The position numbers and the translations under genes are program-made. From the NCBI GenBank assembly GCA_011389535.1, contig JAABUE010000001.1, positions 1 through 59,489 on the forward strand: 59,489 bases of DNA, given 5' to 3'. Source of the stretch: Anaerolineales bacterium. GTDB lineage: Bacteria > Chloroflexota > Anaerolineae > Anaerolineales > Villigracilaceae. Under the pieces are notes generated by a model. The model was not told where the DNA came from, did not search any database, and was given only the letters and a program-made list of their open reading frames with translations. Shown here piece after piece: positions 58,350-59,489 of the stretch (the first letter of the stretch is position 1; each line of letters starts with the position of its first letter).

Positions 58350-59489
58350 ATGCCCTCCCCTTATGACATCCTCTTCGAACCGGTTCAAATCGGACCGGTC
58401 ACTGCTCCCAATCGTTTTTACCAGGTGCCCCACTGCAACGGATTAGGCCATCGCATGCCGCGCGGGTTGGCCGCTATGCGCGGGATCAAGGCCGAGGGCG
58501 GTTGGGGCGTGGTCTGCACCGAGGAAGTGGAGATTCACCCCAGCAGCGACCTGTCACCGTATTTCGAGGGCCGCCTGTGGAGCGATGACGACATCCCGGC
58601 CCTGGCGCTGATGGCAGAAGCGGTGCACGCCCACGGCGCGCTGGCGGGCATCGAACTGGCCTACAACGGGCTGGACGCTAACAACCTGTACACGCGCGTC
58701 CCGCCATTATCAGTCACCTCAATGGGCACACTGGGCGGGACGGGTTACGATCCCGTGCAAACCCGCCGCATGGATAGAGAAGACATCCGGAACCTGCGCC
58801 GCTGGCACCGCGCCGCCGCGCTGCGCGCCAAACGGGCGGGCTTCGACCTGATATACGTCTACGCCGGGCACGCGCTGACCGCTGCCGCCCAGTTCCTGCT
58901 GCGCCGCTACAACGACCGGACCGATGAGTACGGCGGCTCGCTCGAAAACCGCGCGCGCCTGTTCCGCGAACTACTGGAAGATACCAAAGAAGCCGTGGGC
59001 GACAAATGTGGCGTAGTCGCACGTTTTGCTGTGGAAGAACTGCTCGGTGATGAAGGCATCACGCACCAGGGCGAAGGCCACGAGGTCATCGCCATGCTGG
59101 CCGAAATCCCCGATCTGTGGGATGTAAACCTCAGCGGCTGGAGCAACGACTCGGCCACTTCGCGTTTCGAGAAGGAAGGCTACCAGGAGAAGTACACGGC
59201 CTTCGTCAAGTCGCTCACCAGCAAACCGGTGGTCGGCGTGGGGCGCTACACCTCGCCCGATTCGATGGTCTCTGCCGTGCGGCGCGGTGTGCTCGATATG
59301 ATCGGCGCGGCGCGCCCGTCCATCGCCGACCCGTTCCTGCCGAACAAGATCAAGGAAGACCGCCTCGAAGACATCCGCGAGTGCATCGGCTGCAATATCT
59401 GCGTCACCGGAGATACGCGCTTTGTGCCCATCCGCTGCACCCAGAACCCCACGATGGGCGAAGAATGGCGGCGCGGCTGGCACCCCGAG
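58350..59489 (+). CDS. NADH:flavin oxidoreductase, Old Yellow Enzyme family with a 4Fe-4S motif (2,4-dienoyl-CoA reductase / trimethylamine dehydrogenase-like); 3' end outside the window
   Basis: Hand translation from the ATG at 58350 gives MPSPYDILFEPVQIGPVTAPNRFYQVPHCNG...GIELAYNG...IYVYAGHA...ECIGCNICV. It stays open to the window edge, so it is absent from the ORF track. The antisense ORFs listed there are spurious. Confidence 0.8.
   Translation, partial: MPSPYDILFEPVQIGPVTAPNRFYQVPHCNGLGHRMPRGLAAMRGIKAEGGWGVVCTEEVEIHPSSDLSPYFEGRLWSDDDIPALALMAEAVHAHGALAGIELAYNGLDANNLYTRVPPLSVTSMGTLGGTGYDPVQTRRMDREDIRNLRRWHRAAALRAKRAGFDLIYVYAGHALTAAAQFLLRRYNDRTDEYGGSLENRARLFRELLEDTKEAVGDKCGVVARFAVEELLGDEGITHQGEGHEVIAMLAEIPDLWDVNLSGWSNDSATSRFEKEGYQEKYTAFVKSLTSKPVVGVGRYTSPDSMVSAVRRGVLDMIGAARPSIADPFLPNKIKEDRLEDIRECIGCNICVTGDTRFVPIRCTQNPTMGEEWRRGWHPE

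Noticed and set aside
50177-58433. Long minus-strand ORFs at 50177..50977, 52056..52853 and 57615..58433.
   Set aside because: They are antisense to hisG, hisD and hisI/hisE respectively. All are Gly/Arg/Asp-rich shadow frames.

Overview
This is a 59.5-kb, moderately GC-rich chromosomal segment. Gene content (alternative complex III, a bacterial V/A-type ATPase, many palindromic intergenic repeats) suggests a Chloroflexota-like bacterium; that taxonomic call is inference only. All product calls come from motif and family recognition in the supplied translations, because no database search was possible.

Gene order, left to right:
- 65-4209: small accessory enzymes (DHFR-like, SnoaL-like, VOC/PhnB-like, alpha/beta hydrolase, F420/NADP-type oxidoreductase).
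- 4296-4566: a 92-bp x3 tandem repeat.
- 4636-13424, minus strand: a complete nine-gene V/A-type ATPase operon.
- 13805-19239, minus strand: an F1-only F-type ATP synthase cluster (alpha-gamma-beta-epsilon) with mreB 6 nt downstream.
- 19528-20682: an ATP-grasp Ddl-like gene.
- 20759-21173: tRNA-Ser(GGA), whose 3' end plus terminator is tandemly amplified as 107-bp units.
- 21295-28975, minus strand: an alternative complex III (ACIII) operon with split ActB, no ActF/ActG, and two extra c-type cytochromes.
- 29216-37358: miscellaneous genes (LOG family, a frameshifted M48 peptidase, tautomerase, isochorismatase-like, chrA, acyltransferase, RNase HI, rhodanese, SufE).
- 37427-50121: a PhoB/PhoR-like two-component pair, an AT-rich island, then two Pst phosphate transporters (three pstB genes, one with a degenerate Q-loop), phoU and a co-transcribed arsC.
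- 50140-58229: a near-complete his operon (hisG-D-C-B-dinB-A-H-F-I-E).
- 58350-59489: a 5'-partial OYE/TMADH-like flavoprotein gene that the ORF track omits.

Most notable non-genic signals:
- A candidate His-His-His leader-peptide attenuator upstream of hisG.
- Bacillus-type TTAACA Pho boxes at 11-bp phasing upstream of the regulator gene and of pstS2.
- At least three families of palindromic intergenic repeats, concentrated inside the his operon.
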